Below, one piece after another: positions 16,486 through 25,312 of a DNA stretch of 37,344 bases. Location of the stretch: the IMG/VR virus record IMGVR_UViG_3300011438_000025, positions 1-37,344 of that record. One strand, given 5' to 3'. Position numbers and translations under genes: made by a program. This stretch comes from a virus. Taxonomy: Duplodnaviria > Caudoviricetes. Under the pieces are notes generated by a model that searched no databases, had not been told where the DNA came from, and saw only the letters and a list, made by a program, of their open reading frames with translations. Each line of letters begins with the position of its first letter. Within the stretch, counting starts at the first letter, position 1.

Positions 16486-16697
16486 CACGGATAATCACGC
16501 TCTCCGAGAACGTCCTGCAAGACGAGCCTCTGTCATTCATGGTGTTCGCTTACCAATCAATGGAGGTAGACTACATGGTCTTCCCGGAAGAACTTGACGC
16601 CCGCGACTACGCGATGGAGCAAGAGGAAAAAGCAAACGCTCCAGAAGACTCATGGCCGATTTACGCGCTGTGGGCATCGGAGTGGCCTAACAGGTAA
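16425..16697 (+). CDS. Acidic hypothetical cassette protein
   Basis: 90 aa. ATG in the attC loop; GCSLERMVRP comes from the arm; ATGA overlap with the previous gene. Confidence 0.65.
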   Translation: MKPRPETKADTGCSLERMVRPRIITLSENVLQDEPLSFMVFAYQSMEVDYMVFPEELDARDYAMEQEEKANAPEDSWPIYALWASEWPNR

Positions 16698-16939
16698 TAT
16701 ACGGCCTATTGGATGCCTTTAATTACGGCAGATTTTCGCAAGCTGTTCGCGCTCAAATTGCCGGTGGAATATTGGAAAAGGAAAGGCTGAGAACACCGCG
16801 TGCAAAGTCCGCTGGAGAATCTGCCGATGACAGAGGGTGCTACAGCCCCACGACCCAGCCGAGATCCTCGACGATGATTGCCATCGGCAACATAAAAAAA
16901 GTTCACCCCACGTCGCGGCTACACGGCAAAGCGAAGGAA

Positions 16940-17013
16940 AAGGCTGAAGGCTGAAGGCTTAAGGCTAAAGTCTGATCAGACTTCAGCCTTTAGAATTTAG
17001 CCTTCAGCCTTTT
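16940..17013. repeat. Inverted heptamer arrays around palindrome AAGTCTGATCAGACTT; probable bidirectional terminator
   Basis: (GGCTGAA/GGCTAAA)n - GTCTGATCAGAC - (TTCAGCC/TTTAGCC)n at the point where early and late transcription converge. Confidence 0.8.
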
Positions 17014-17015
17014 CT

Positions 17016-17303
17016 TCAGACGCACTCGACCTGGAGGTAAACGCTGGACTTCGCGCAGGCGGCGGCCGCCTCGGGGAAATTGGTCTTGAGCAAGGTCGAA
17101 TCGATCCCCGTCCGCATTTTCTCTTTCACGAGGGCTAGAAGGGTCGCGTTGTGTTTGATCGAGCCTTCCTGGTTGTCCACGTATTCGAGGATGTTGACCT
17201 TAAGTTCGGCTTCGCGTTCTTCGGTCTCTTTTTTGAGGGCCCGCACTCTGACCAGTTCGGCGATTTTTTCGCGGATGTCGGGGGTGGCCTGTTTTTGGAG
17301 CAT
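17016..17303 (-). CDS. Hypothetical coiled-coil protein (resembles C-terminal part of YqaJ-like phage proteins)
   Basis: 95 aa from ATG 17303: LKKETEEREAELKVNILEY...RTGIDSTLLKTNFPE. Confidence 0.6.
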   Translation of the reverse strand: MLQKQATPDIREKIAELVRVRALKKETEEREAELKVNILEYVDNQEGSIKHNATLLALVKEKMRTGIDSTLLKTNFPEAAAACAKSSVYLQVECV

Positions 17304-17307
17304 GGTG

Positions 17308-17399
17308 AGGTTCAGAGGTTCACGGTTCAGCGGTTCACGGTTCGAGAGGCCCCTCCGAGTCAACCGTTGAACCTCTGAACCATTGAACCGCTGGAACCC
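17308..17399. repeat. Inverted 7-8 bp GGTTC/GAACC tandem repeats
   Basis: GAGGTTCAGAGGTTCACGGTTCAGCGGTTCACGGTTC ... GAACCTCTGAACCATTGAACCGCTGGAACC. Same family at 4705-4742 and 24780-24817. Confidence 0.75.
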
Positions 17400-17400
17400 C

Positions 17401-18594
17401 TTAGAAATGCGTTACTACCGCGCGGAACGTTCCAGAGGCAGGGTTGATGCTCCCTGACGAATAATTGTTGAAGCGGACGGTGACGGTGTTGGCGCTGCTC
17501 ACGTAGGCGGTGAAGCAACTGTTCGCATTCACGCTGCCGCTCGGAACGCCGATTTGCACCGGATCACCATCGGCGGCGCCGGTCACCGTAATTGTCAGGT
17601 CCGTCGAGAGGAGCGTGGTCGTGCTGCCGAAGTCCAGGGTCGCGGTCGCACTCATGACTTTCGCGATCGCGGTTCCGCCTCCGATTTTCAAGGTGCCCAG
17701 CTCCGCGTTGGCGTCGGCGCTGTTGTCGGCCAGGCGGAACTTGAGCGACGTGCCGCTGCGGATGAGGGCCGGGAACGTCGCGGCCGTCCCACCGAACATC
17801 AAGCGCGAGAAATCTGTTTGCGCATCGTTGGACAGGACGATGACGCCGTCGCTGTCAAATTTGATGCTGCCACGGCCGGTCACGTAGTAGAGACCGCCGG
17901 CGGCAACCGTGAAATCGGTGGCGATGACGGCTCCGGCGTTAAAGGTGGAGGTTCCGGTGATCGGCGAGTTGACGATGGGTGTGGAGATGATCTTTGCGAA
18001 TTGGTTGGTTCCGGTCCAGACCTTGCCGCCCGCGATGGCGGTTTGCTCGGTGGCGTTGTTCACGAAATTGGAATTCACAACGGCGGCGGGCGCGATGCTG
18101 TTGGTCGAGTAAAGCGAAAGCGCGGTGGTGAGGAGCGAGGCCTGGTTGGTCCGATCGCTGGCGGGCAGGGGCATGCTGGACATCGGCACGCGGATCGCTT
18201 GCAGGACGGGCACGGTCCCCGTCGAGAGCGAGATGGTGCACCAGGTGGTCCCGGTCAGGCTCGCGGCCATGCTGCCGCCCAGGAGCGTGGTGAGCGTGAT
18301 GCCGTTGGTTCCGGAGCGCTCGAGCAACAAGTTGTTTGCGAATGGATAGGCGGCGAGATGGTTGAAGAGGTTCGTCGCGACGGCGCCGATTGAGTTAGTC
18401 ACACCAATCTGTGTGGAGACGGTCGAGACGGGCTGGGTTTTCCAGGTGCGGGTGACGCCGTTGACGACCAGGGTGTCGTTGTTGGCGGTGGCGGCGACGA
18501 TGGTGATCGTCGCGGTGATGCGGTCGAGAGCGGACGCCGGAAAGGCTAAAGGCTGAAGGCTAAAGGCTAAAAGAATCAGACGGAGCGAGCGCAT
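17401..18594 (-). CDS. Tail fibre-like protein with N-terminal signal-peptide-like sequence
   Basis: 397 aa, Thr/Ser/Gly rich. C-terminal SATATLDFGS...AYVSSANTVTVRFNN..INPASGTFR is typical of fibre/spike C-termini. N-terminus MRSLRLILLAFSLQPLAFPASA. Confidence 0.7.
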   Translation of the reverse strand: MRSLRLILLAFSLQPLAFPASALDRITATITIVAATANNDTLVVNGVTRTWKTQPVSTVSTQIGVTNSIGAVATNLFNHLAAYPFANNLLLERSGTNGITLTTLLGGSMAASLTGTTWCTISLSTGTVPVLQAIRVPMSSMPLPASDRTNQASLLTTALSLYSTNSIAPAAVVNSNFVNNATEQTAIAGGKVWTGTNQFAKIISTPIVNSPITGTSTFNAGAVIATDFTVAAGGLYYVTGRGSIKFDSDGVIVLSNDAQTDFSRLMFGGTAATFPALIRSGTSLKFRLADNSADANAELGTLKIGGGTAIAKVMSATATLDFGSTTTLLSTDLTITVTGAADGDPVQIGVPSGSVNANSCFTAYVSSANTVTVRFNNYSSGSINPASGTFRAVVTHF

Positions 18595-18640
18595 GGTGTT
18601 TTTTTGGTTTTAGCCTTTAGCCTTTAGAATTCAGCCTTTC

Positions 18641-19222
18641 CTACGTAATGGGCGTGACGAGCAATTCGCCGCTGACGATCGCGACGTAATGGAGGGAGCC
18701 GTCCGTTTGATCGATGAAGATCATTTGGGTCGTTCCGGCTTTGGCGGCGTAGAGAGCGGCGGCTTCGTTCTTGCCCAGCGCTTCATCGGCCGGCGTGGCG
18801 GGAACGGTTGTGGGTGTCGCCAGGCGATTGCCGAGCGTGACGGTGAAAAGGCATTTCCAATAGGCGCTGCCGCTCAGGATCTCGAACTCGAGGTCTTTGG
18901 TGACGGGCGGAGTCAGCGCCAGGATCGCGGCGACGTTCAACGCCAGGTCGCCTTCGTGCACGTCACCGTTGGCGACCAGGCTGACGGAGTTGAGCTCGGA
19001 GCTGCCGGCGACGCCGATGGTGGCTTTTACCGAGGTTCCGGAGCCGGGGATGGTCGACAGGGCGACGGAGCCGCCGGCCGGGTTTGGCTTGGTGAGGGTG
19101 ATGGCGAAAGAGATGGTCTCGCCGATGATGAACCCTGGAAGAGTAAAAGGAGAATCGACAATCGAGCTTTTCGAGAGCCGTTTGGTGGCAGTGTTGATGG
19201 CGAATTCAAGAGGGACACCCAT
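18641..19222 (-). CDS. Putative baseplate/tail structural protein
   Basis: 193 aa, beta-rich, within the tail module. Confidence 0.55.
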   Translation of the reverse strand: MGVPLEFAINTATKRLSKSSIVDSPFTLPGFIIGETISFAITLTKPNPAGGSVALSTIPGSGTSVKATIGVAGSSELNSVSLVANGDVHEGDLALNVAAILALTPPVTKDLEFEILSGSAYWKCLFTVTLGNRLATPTTVPATPADEALGKNEAAALYAAKAGTTQMIFIDQTDGSLHYVAIVSGELLVTPIT

Positions 19223-19303
19223 TGAGGGAGGGGGGCGAAGTCAATGCTGAAGGCTGAAGGCTGAAGGCTAAAGGCTGATCAGACTTTAGCCTTTAGCCTT
19301 TTC

Positions 19304-20308
19304 TTAAAGAACTACGTTCATGGCGTAGCAGGCGTAGACGACCAGCGAGCCGGCGCCACCGTGGACGGTGCAGCCAATCTGCGGGTTCGTCTCGACGATG
19401 GTGTCTTTCAAACGCACGTAAATTCCCCAGAGCGTTTTGTTCGGGCCGGGGATCGGGACGTGCGGATAGCCGGGGTCCGTGGGCGAACTTGCTTCGAGGC
19501 CGGCGACGGTAGGGTCGCCGTTGTGGTAGAGGGTGAAGTTCGGGAAGCTGGGGCCGTTGAAGAATCCGGGGAACGCTGGCGCGGTCAGGCCCGGTGGATA
19601 CGGTATCGAGGGCTGTTGATAATAGGCGTTGCCGGGCTGCACATCGCGGTTGGTGATCCATTCGGCGCGATCGTCTGAGAAAGGATTCATGTAGGCAGGG
19701 CCTAGATCGTAAATCGTAAAGCTCTCAACCAGCGAACGGCCGTTGCCGGTCATGAACACCATGTCCTCTGTGAGCGGGTTGCCGTACTCGGTGACCGCTT
19801 GAAAAAAGACGCTGAAATAATCGAAGGTCGTGAAGTCTGCCAAGAGCACCGGCAAAGCGGGGGCGACGCGCATGGGCGCCTGGTTGGCCATAAAAATATC
19901 GTCCTGGTAGGCGGCACCCGCATGGCCGATGAATTGGAGATTATAGACGTTGGTCCAGAAGCGGCCGGCGGCGTCGGGATAATCGGCGCCCTCGATGAGG
20001 CCATCGAAGCTGCCGCCGCCGGACACAAAGTCATCGATCCAGCGTTGGCGGTTATCGATGCGCAGGTAGGGCAGGGCCTGGGTCATGACGGAGAAGTCGC
20101 CCGGGATGTCGGGCAGGAAGACGGCGGGGCCGGTGATGAGGGTTACTTCCCAGGAGATGTAAACGGAGCCGTAGAAATCGAGGTCGGTATAATAGCGGCG
20201 GAGGGGGTAGCCATCGGTGCCGATGAGGAGAGTTTTTTTGCAGCGGCGGACGTGGGCGCGGCTCTCCTTAAGAGCGTGCGCTCGGCTAGAGACTGGAACA
20301 GTGTTCAT
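19304..20308 (-). CDS. Hypothetical tail-module protein
   Basis: 334 aa, aromatic/Pro rich, bounded by heptamer hairpins at 19246-19301 and 20315-20392. Confidence 0.6.
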   Translation of the reverse strand: MNTVPVSSRAHALKESRAHVRRCKKTLLIGTDGYPLRRYYTDLDFYGSVYISWEVTLITGPAVFLPDIPGDFSVMTQALPYLRIDNRQRWIDDFVSGGGSFDGLIEGADYPDAAGRFWTNVYNLQFIGHAGAAYQDDIFMANQAPMRVAPALPVLLADFTTFDYFSVFFQAVTEYGNPLTEDMVFMTGNGRSLVESFTIYDLGPAYMNPFSDDRAEWITNRDVQPGNAYYQQPSIPYPPGLTAPAFPGFFNGPSFPNFTLYHNGDPTVAGLEASSPTDPGYPHVPIPGPNKTLWGIYVRLKDTIVETNPQIGCTVHGGAGSLVVYACYAMNVVL

Positions 20309-20393
20309 GGGGCAAAGGCTAAAGGCTGAAGGCTAAATGCTAAAACGTCTTGATCGGGAACTTCAGCCTTTAGCCTTTAGCCTTTAGCCTTTC

Positions 20394-21044
20394 TCAAAAG
20401 TCAGCGTCCTCGGTCATGCGCTCGAAGGTTTGTGCCCAGGCGTGGCTGTTCACGTTCATATCCTGCCAGGCGATCGATCCGGGGGGTTCGTCGGGTTCAT
20501 CCGGATCGACGATGTGAGCGCCGTTCTTGATGCCTTTCACGGCGAAGACCAGCTCGTCGGTGCGGTAGGGCTCGACGATGGTTTGGATCTCGTGATAGCT
20601 GCCCACGGTGACATGCCGGCGGGAGAAAAGCTCATCGTCGTCCGTGAAATATTCGTAGAGCTGGCCGTTGAGCGTGAGGCCATCGAATGGAGCGCGGCGC
20701 AGGGTCCAGGGCTTGGCGACGCGGACCAGCTCGCTGACGGTGTAGTGCGTGGCATCGGCGACGCTGGCTTGAGTGCGGGGCGTGACTTCAGTATCCAGCC
20801 ACGGGATGCAAAAGAGGTAATCGGCTTTTTCGAGTTTGAGGGCGAAGGCTTTGACTTCGATGTCGGATTCGCCGCCTTCGATCACAGCGCGGGGCGTGAC
20901 GGTCCAGCCGAGGGCGGTGTGATTGGTGAGGCCGTGAATGGAGGGCGTCGGCGTGTGCGAGAGGACGATCTCAGCGAGTTCGTTGATCCGGCGGTAGAGG
21001 GCGGCGAAGCGGCCAGTCTCCGTCAATGGTTGCCAAGTGTTCAA
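20394..21044 (-). CDS. Putative tail tip protein
   Basis: Start re-assigned to TTG 21044, which gives a TTGA overlap with the upstream stop. Second gene after the tape measure. Confidence 0.55.
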   Translation of the reverse strand: MNTWQPLTETGRFAALYRRINELAEIVLSHTPTPSIHGLTNHTALGWTVTPRAVIEGGESDIEVKAFALKLEKADYLFCIPWLDTEVTPRTQASVADATHYTVSELVRVAKPWTLRRAPFDGLTLNGQLYEYFTDDDELFSRRHVTVGSYHEIQTIVEPYRTDELVFAVKGIKNGAHIVDPDEPDEPPGSIAWQDMNVNSHAWAQTFERMTEDADF

Positions 21045-21865
21045 GGGACGGTGATGTACTGGTAGAGGAGTGTCGACCAGGCGGCGAAAATCCAGTCGGT
21101 GACTTCTTCGTCTTTGTTGATCCTCGGGACTAAGGTTGATTCCTGCTTGCGCAGGCGCCAGCCCCATTGGGTCGAGCTCGGCTTGGTGGTGGGGTTTGCC
21201 GGCAGCTTGGACGCGACGCGCGCAGGGACAGCGAAGAGGGCGATCAGCGCGGCGGTGCTGTAGAATTTCTCGACCTCATCGATGATGAGCGGCGCGGCGT
21301 AGGTAATCGAAATGGTGCGCCGTCGGCTTAGGATCGGGCGCTTTTGCTCGTAGGCTTCGGTGCCTCGCAAGATCAGCTTGTAGATTTCCAAGTCGACCAG
21401 TTCCAGCTCAGACTCCGAGGGAGCAACGGGGCCGCCATGACTGTTTTTCTTGAGCAAATCTTTGATGACATCCTTGAGGTCCGCGACGTCGTCTTCAGCT
21501 AATTCCATCAGGGCTTGCGCTGCGCTTGGACTGCCGGCAGTGAAGGCGCCGCAGAGCTTGGAAATGAGCAGCGGGTTTGACCAGATATCGATCTGGGCGA
21601 ATTCGGTCGAGAGATTCCACACGTCCAGCGGGATCTCAGCGGCGCCGCCCGGGTCGGTGGGGTAAACGACCACGAGGGTCCAGACGGCTTCATTTTGCGT
21701 CACGGTTGTCCGCAAACCGATCACATTGAACCCATACGCGGCGCCCTCGATGGGTCCCCCAGCGCCTTTGTAGGTGAGCTGCCAGGCGTAACCGTATTTC
21801 GGATCAAAGGTAAACTCGCGGCTGACGAGAACGGCGAGAGGCTGGCCGACGAGAGCAACACTCAT
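21041..21865 (-). CDS. Putative distal tail/hub protein
   Basis: 274 aa directly after the tape measure gene, with ATGA overlap. Confidence 0.6.
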   Translation of the reverse strand: MSVALVGQPLAVLVSREFTFDPKYGYAWQLTYKGAGGPIEGAAYGFNVIGLRTTVTQNEAVWTLVVVYPTDPGGAAEIPLDVWNLSTEFAQIDIWSNPLLISKLCGAFTAGSPSAAQALMELAEDDVADLKDVIKDLLKKNSHGGPVAPSESELELVDLEIYKLILRGTEAYEQKRPILSRRRTISITYAAPLIIDEVEKFYSTAALIALFAVPARVASKLPANPTTKPSSTQWGWRLRKQESTLVPRINKDEEVTDWIFAAWSTLLYQYITVP

Positions 21866-22920
21866 ATCAATCCTCCAGTCAGATCGAAGTCACCGCCGCC
21901 GATTTTGTCGTTGATCTGTTCGAGCTGGACGAGTTGCTTTTTTGCGACGGCGACGATGCCCGAATCACCTTGCGCTCCGAAGCCGCCGATTTTCGCGAGG
22001 GCATCGAAATTCTTGGGATCGTAGGCGCTGTAGGCTTTCTCTTTCTTCTTCGGGCCAATTCCCCAGAACTCATCTTCTGCTTTCGCCCAGGCGTCGTTTT
22101 CTGCCCGCGTGTATTTGCGGGTGAATAACGGATCTTTATCCGGCTTGGGGAGTGCGCCTCCGGTGGCGTTGATTTCTTCATTCACGGCGTCGTCTTTGAA
22201 CAGGCCATCGAGGGCGCCCAGGATGCCATCCTTTTCAAAACCCTTCTTCATTCGTCTGGCGATCGCCATTGCCGCGGAGACTCCGCCTCCGAAGAAATGT
22301 TCGGTGGCGGCTTTGGCTTTTTTAACGTCCTTGTCGACCTCGGCCATGTCGTCGACTTCCTCATTCGAGTAGGGCGCCTTCTGAGCGTTCATCAATCTCA
22401 AAGCGGCGGCCAGGCGTTGTCCTTTGCGGCCGAGTAGTTCATCGAGCTCGGTGCGCAGCGCGGGATTGAGCTTCATCGTTTCGAGGGTGGTCGCGATCTG
22501 GCGCATGATATCCAGGTTACTCTTGGCCGGGTCGTTGATGTCCGCGAGCGACACGCCGAAATCGGCGAGGCGCTTGCGGGCTTCCTCGTCGCCCTCGCCT
22601 GCGCTCTTTCGTTCGGCGCCCAGTTTGCGGAAGGCGGTTGCGAAATCATCGAACTCGAGGCCGGCTTTGCTGGCGGCCTTTTCGATCTTCTGCACGTCTT
22701 CGGCGGTGATCTCGAATTGCATCGAGAGCTTCTTGAGCTCGGCGCCATGCGAAACGACGTGGCCAATGAACTCCGCCATCGCATGGGCTCCGAAGGCTGC
22801 GCCGATGGTGCTGGTGACGTGGTGGCCGAAGTCCGTGGCGATGTCCTTGGCCTTCTTCATGCCCTGCTCATAATTGGTCGCGTTGAGACCAAGATTGAAA
22901 ATCATGCTTAGCAGGCCCAT
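21862..22920 (-). CDS. Tail tape measure protein (short, 352 aa)
   Basis: Starts MGLLSMIFNLGLNATNYEQGMKKAK; Ala/Lys-rich helical; C-terminal DALAKIGG...KQLVQLEQI; follows tail tube and chaperone. Confidence 0.75.
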   Translation of the reverse strand: MGLLSMIFNLGLNATNYEQGMKKAKDIATDFGHHVTSTIGAAFGAHAMAEFIGHVVSHGAELKKLSMQFEITAEDVQKIEKAASKAGLEFDDFATAFRKLGAERKSAGEGDEEARKRLADFGVSLADINDPAKSNLDIMRQIATTLETMKLNPALRTELDELLGRKGQRLAAALRLMNAQKAPYSNEEVDDMAEVDKDVKKAKAATEHFFGGGVSAAMAIARRMKKGFEKDGILGALDGLFKDDAVNEEINATGGALPKPDKDPLFTRKYTRAENDAWAKAEDEFWGIGPKKKEKAYSAYDPKNFDALAKIGGFGAQGDSGIVAVAKKQLVQLEQINDKIGGGDFDLTGGLI

Positions 22921-23489
22921 GCGGATTCTCCTTGTGCATCGAGTAAGTCCACTCGCTTGGATAGTTCTGCGTCCGAGCCGCCATATAAATCGATCTTCCC
23001 GGCCAAATCGTCGGCGGCGGCGTAAAGCGCGTTGGCGAAGGACATAGGCATGTCCAGGGCGGCATCGGGCGTGAGATTGAACTCCGAGCACATCTTGGCG
23101 ATGAGGCGGAACAGGCCCGGGGACTTCAGCTCGCGTCCTTTGCCGACGTGTTCATTCGCATCGGGAAACCAGAGGCCTCCGTCGAGGTATTCGAGGAAAG
23201 CGTTTTTCTCTTTGCGGATATCGATCTTGCGACAAGCGATGTGCTTCCAGATCCAAACGTAGAGGGGGAGCCACCATTTGCGGAGGGTGCGTTGTGATTC
23301 GCGCCAGGGTTGGGAGCAGATGAGGACGGCGACGGATAAATCTTCGATGCTGCCGCGCTCGCCGTTGAGGAACGGGGAATTGACCTGACCTAGCATCAGG
23401 TGATGCCCGAGCGAGTAAGGGGCGAGCCGGAGGCGGAGACAGCCGTGGGGCATGTCTTGGAGGGCGGCCCTTGTCCAGGCGGCGTCCAT
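22908..23489 (-). CDS. Putative tail assembly chaperone
   Basis: 193 aa between tail tube and tape measure genes; called by position. Confidence 0.55.
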   Translation of the reverse strand: MDAAWTRAALQDMPHGCLRLRLAPYSLGHHLMLGQVNSPFLNGERGSIEDLSVAVLICSQPWRESQRTLRKWWLPLYVWIWKHIACRKIDIRKEKNAFLEYLDGGLWFPDANEHVGKGRELKSPGLFRLIAKMCSEFNLTPDAALDMPMSFANALYAAADDLAGKIDLYGGSDAELSKRVDLLDAQGESAWAC

Positions 23490-23491
23490 GT

Positions 23492-23950
23492 TTATGTGGC
23501 GATGACGGCGGAGGTGAGGCTGGCGCGGTTGGCGATGTGGGCGAGCAACTTCATCGAGATTTGCACGCGGCCGGTCGGCGTAAGCTTGGGGGACCAGCCG
23601 CCCACATAGTTATAGTCGCCGTCGAGCGGGGGCGCGGAACAGTTGGCGATAACGACCTTTGAAAGCATGGCGGGCTTGGTATTGAGCAGGGAGGTGCGGG
23701 CGTTGGTGCGTGCGGCTCCGTTGGGTTCCCAGTTGATGGAAACGGCGATTCGTTCTTTCCAGGCCATAATCGTTTCGACGTTGCCGTCCTGGCCGGTAAG
23801 TTCTTCCATGTCAAACTCGTGGGATCCATCGATGGAAGTGATCGTGATGGTGGCGGCGCCGGTGAGGACGACCATCGTCGCGATCGAGGAGGAGCTGGCG
23901 TTGATGCCGAAGACTTTTGCGATGCCCGTGATTGTTTCTTGAGTGGCCAT
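23492..23950 (-). CDS. Putative major tail tube protein
   Basis: 152 aa, beta-rich, after the tail-terminator-like genes, with its own TTGACT motif. Confidence 0.6.
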   Translation of the reverse strand: MATQETITGIAKVFGINASSSSIATMVVLTGAATITITSIDGSHEFDMEELTGQDGNVETIMAWKERIAVSINWEPNGAARTNARTSLLNTKPAMLSKVVIANCSAPPLDGDYNYVGGWSPKLTPTGRVQISMKLLAHIANRASLTSAVIAT

Positions 23951-23974
23951 TGGGGACGCGGGGGAGTCAACGGG

Positions 23975-24042
23975 GTAGCTGCCGACGTCAGTCGGTGGGC
24001 ACTTTAGATCGAGTCAGACCACCGACTGACGTCGGCAGCTAC
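23975..24042. repeat. GTAG-type REP hairpin
   Basis: GTAGCTGCCGACGTCAGTCGGTGG and CCACCGACTGACGTCGGCAGCTAC form a perfect 24-bp inverted repeat with GTAG/CTAC ends. Confidence 0.85.
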
Positions 24043-24048
24043 GCGCGT

Positions 24049-24774
24049 TTAGTGGCCGCCCACTCCGGCGCGATCATGGGCGCCGGCGATCGCTTTAATC
24101 AGATCGTCGCGGAGTTTGCCGGTTTTCCATTCGATCGCCTTTTGCATGGCCTGGGTTTGCACGGCGGACATTTTGCCGAGCTGCGTGTCTGCGATGCGGA
24201 TGTCCATGATGACTTTGGCGGCTGGGTTCCAACCTTTCTTGGCGGGTAACGTGCCGGCTTTGCTGCCGGAGTTGCTCCAGTGGGCGACGCCGCGGGTGCC
24301 ATAAAACTTGTATTTCACGAGCGGGTTGAGGGTCCGGATGATCGGAAGGAAAACGGATTTCATGTAACCGACGCTCGACACGGCGCCTTTGAGGAAGCGG
24401 GACGAGGCTTTGCGCATCGCTTCCCCGTAAAGACCTTTGAGGCCATGTTTATGGCGCCAGGCCTGGGTGATCAGATCGACGCGGCGGAGTTGATCGCGGG
24501 CACGGCCGGCTTTGCGTGATTTGCCGCTCTTGCTGCGGGTGAACTTCTGCGCGAGGACCTGGGTGAGATGCGCTTTGATTTCTTTGCGCTTGGCGGCGGG
24601 CATGCCGGTGCCGCCTTTGCCGCCGGTGTAGGGAGGCGTTTCGTCGTAGGCTTTGACGCAGACGTCGAGGATCGCCTGGTTGATCATCTCGGGGAAAAGT
24701 TTGTCCGGCAGCTCGGCGTAGAGGGCGCGGATCTGGGCTTGCAGGCGGGTGGTGTCTAGGGTGGCTTCGATCAT
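24049..24774 (-). CDS. Putative tail completion/neck protein (basic)
   Basis: 241 aa, Lys/Arg rich, in the head-tail cluster. Confidence 0.55.
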   Translation of the reverse strand: MIEATLDTTRLQAQIRALYAELPDKLFPEMINQAILDVCVKAYDETPPYTGGKGGTGMPAAKRKEIKAHLTQVLAQKFTRSKSGKSRKAGRARDQLRRVDLITQAWRHKHGLKGLYGEAMRKASSRFLKGAVSSVGYMKSVFLPIIRTLNPLVKYKFYGTRGVAHWSNSGSKAGTLPAKKGWNPAAKVIMDIRIADTQLGKMSAVQTQAMQKAIEWKTGKLRDDLIKAIAGAHDRAGVGGH

Positions 24775-24818
24775 AACCGGGTTGAGAGGTTCAGAGGTTC
24801 AACGGTTCAGCGGTTCGT

Positions 24819-25265
24819 TCACTCGCAGTCGCGGCCGATGCACTCGAGCTCCAGCGGGAGAACGGTGATCCAAGAGCGGTCATGGTTGATGCGCATTTGC
24901 GGGGCGTTCACCACGACTTGGAAAACTTCAAAGTCAGCACACGCGCTGGAAAGGAGGTGCATGATCTCGCCGTTAAAGAATGGGCCGATTACGCGATCGC
25001 AACGCGCTTCGTGAAGGGCGCCGGTCTTGTCGTCGTCGGCATTGGAGCGGATGCGGACTTCGGCGGAGACAAGCCAATTGCCTTCATTCGGGATGTGCGC
25101 CTCGGCTTTCTCGGCGGAGAAAACGACGTTGGGGAGCGGGCTATCGTCAGCACGAGCGGAGGCGCCTTTGGTGACGTTCTCTTTCGGGATGTCGCCTAAG
25201 TCCTGCTCTTGGATGAAGCGGACGCCGGCGGTTTCGGCTTTGGGGAGGATGTTGTTTGCGGACAT
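24819..25265 (-). CDS. Putative tail terminator protein
   Basis: 148 aa, acidic; LPNVVF...GNWLVSAEVRIRS; called by position. Confidence 0.55.
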   Translation of the reverse strand: MSANNILPKAETAGVRFIQEQDLGDIPKENVTKGASARADDSPLPNVVFSAEKAEAHIPNEGNWLVSAEVRIRSNADDDKTGALHEARCDRVIGPFFNGEIMHLLSSACADFEVFQVVVNAPQMRINHDRSWITVLPLELECIGRDCE

Positions 25266-25312
25266 TGGGGGAAAAAGCTGAAAAGCTAAAAAGCTAAAAA
25301 GCTAAAAGGGGT

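Larger units (their letters stand above)
12830..16691 (-). mobile_element. Integron-like gene cassette array without IntI (attC-like sites on minus strand, genes on plus strand)
   Basis: Three complete attC-like hairpins, one symmetric hairpin, several half sites, and 8-11 bp complementarity between cassette ends. Confidence 0.8.

Noticed and set aside
16709-16954. 81-aa plus-strand ORF after the array
   Set aside because: TTG start, no motifs, and a stop supplied only by the repeat; coding status is unsupported.
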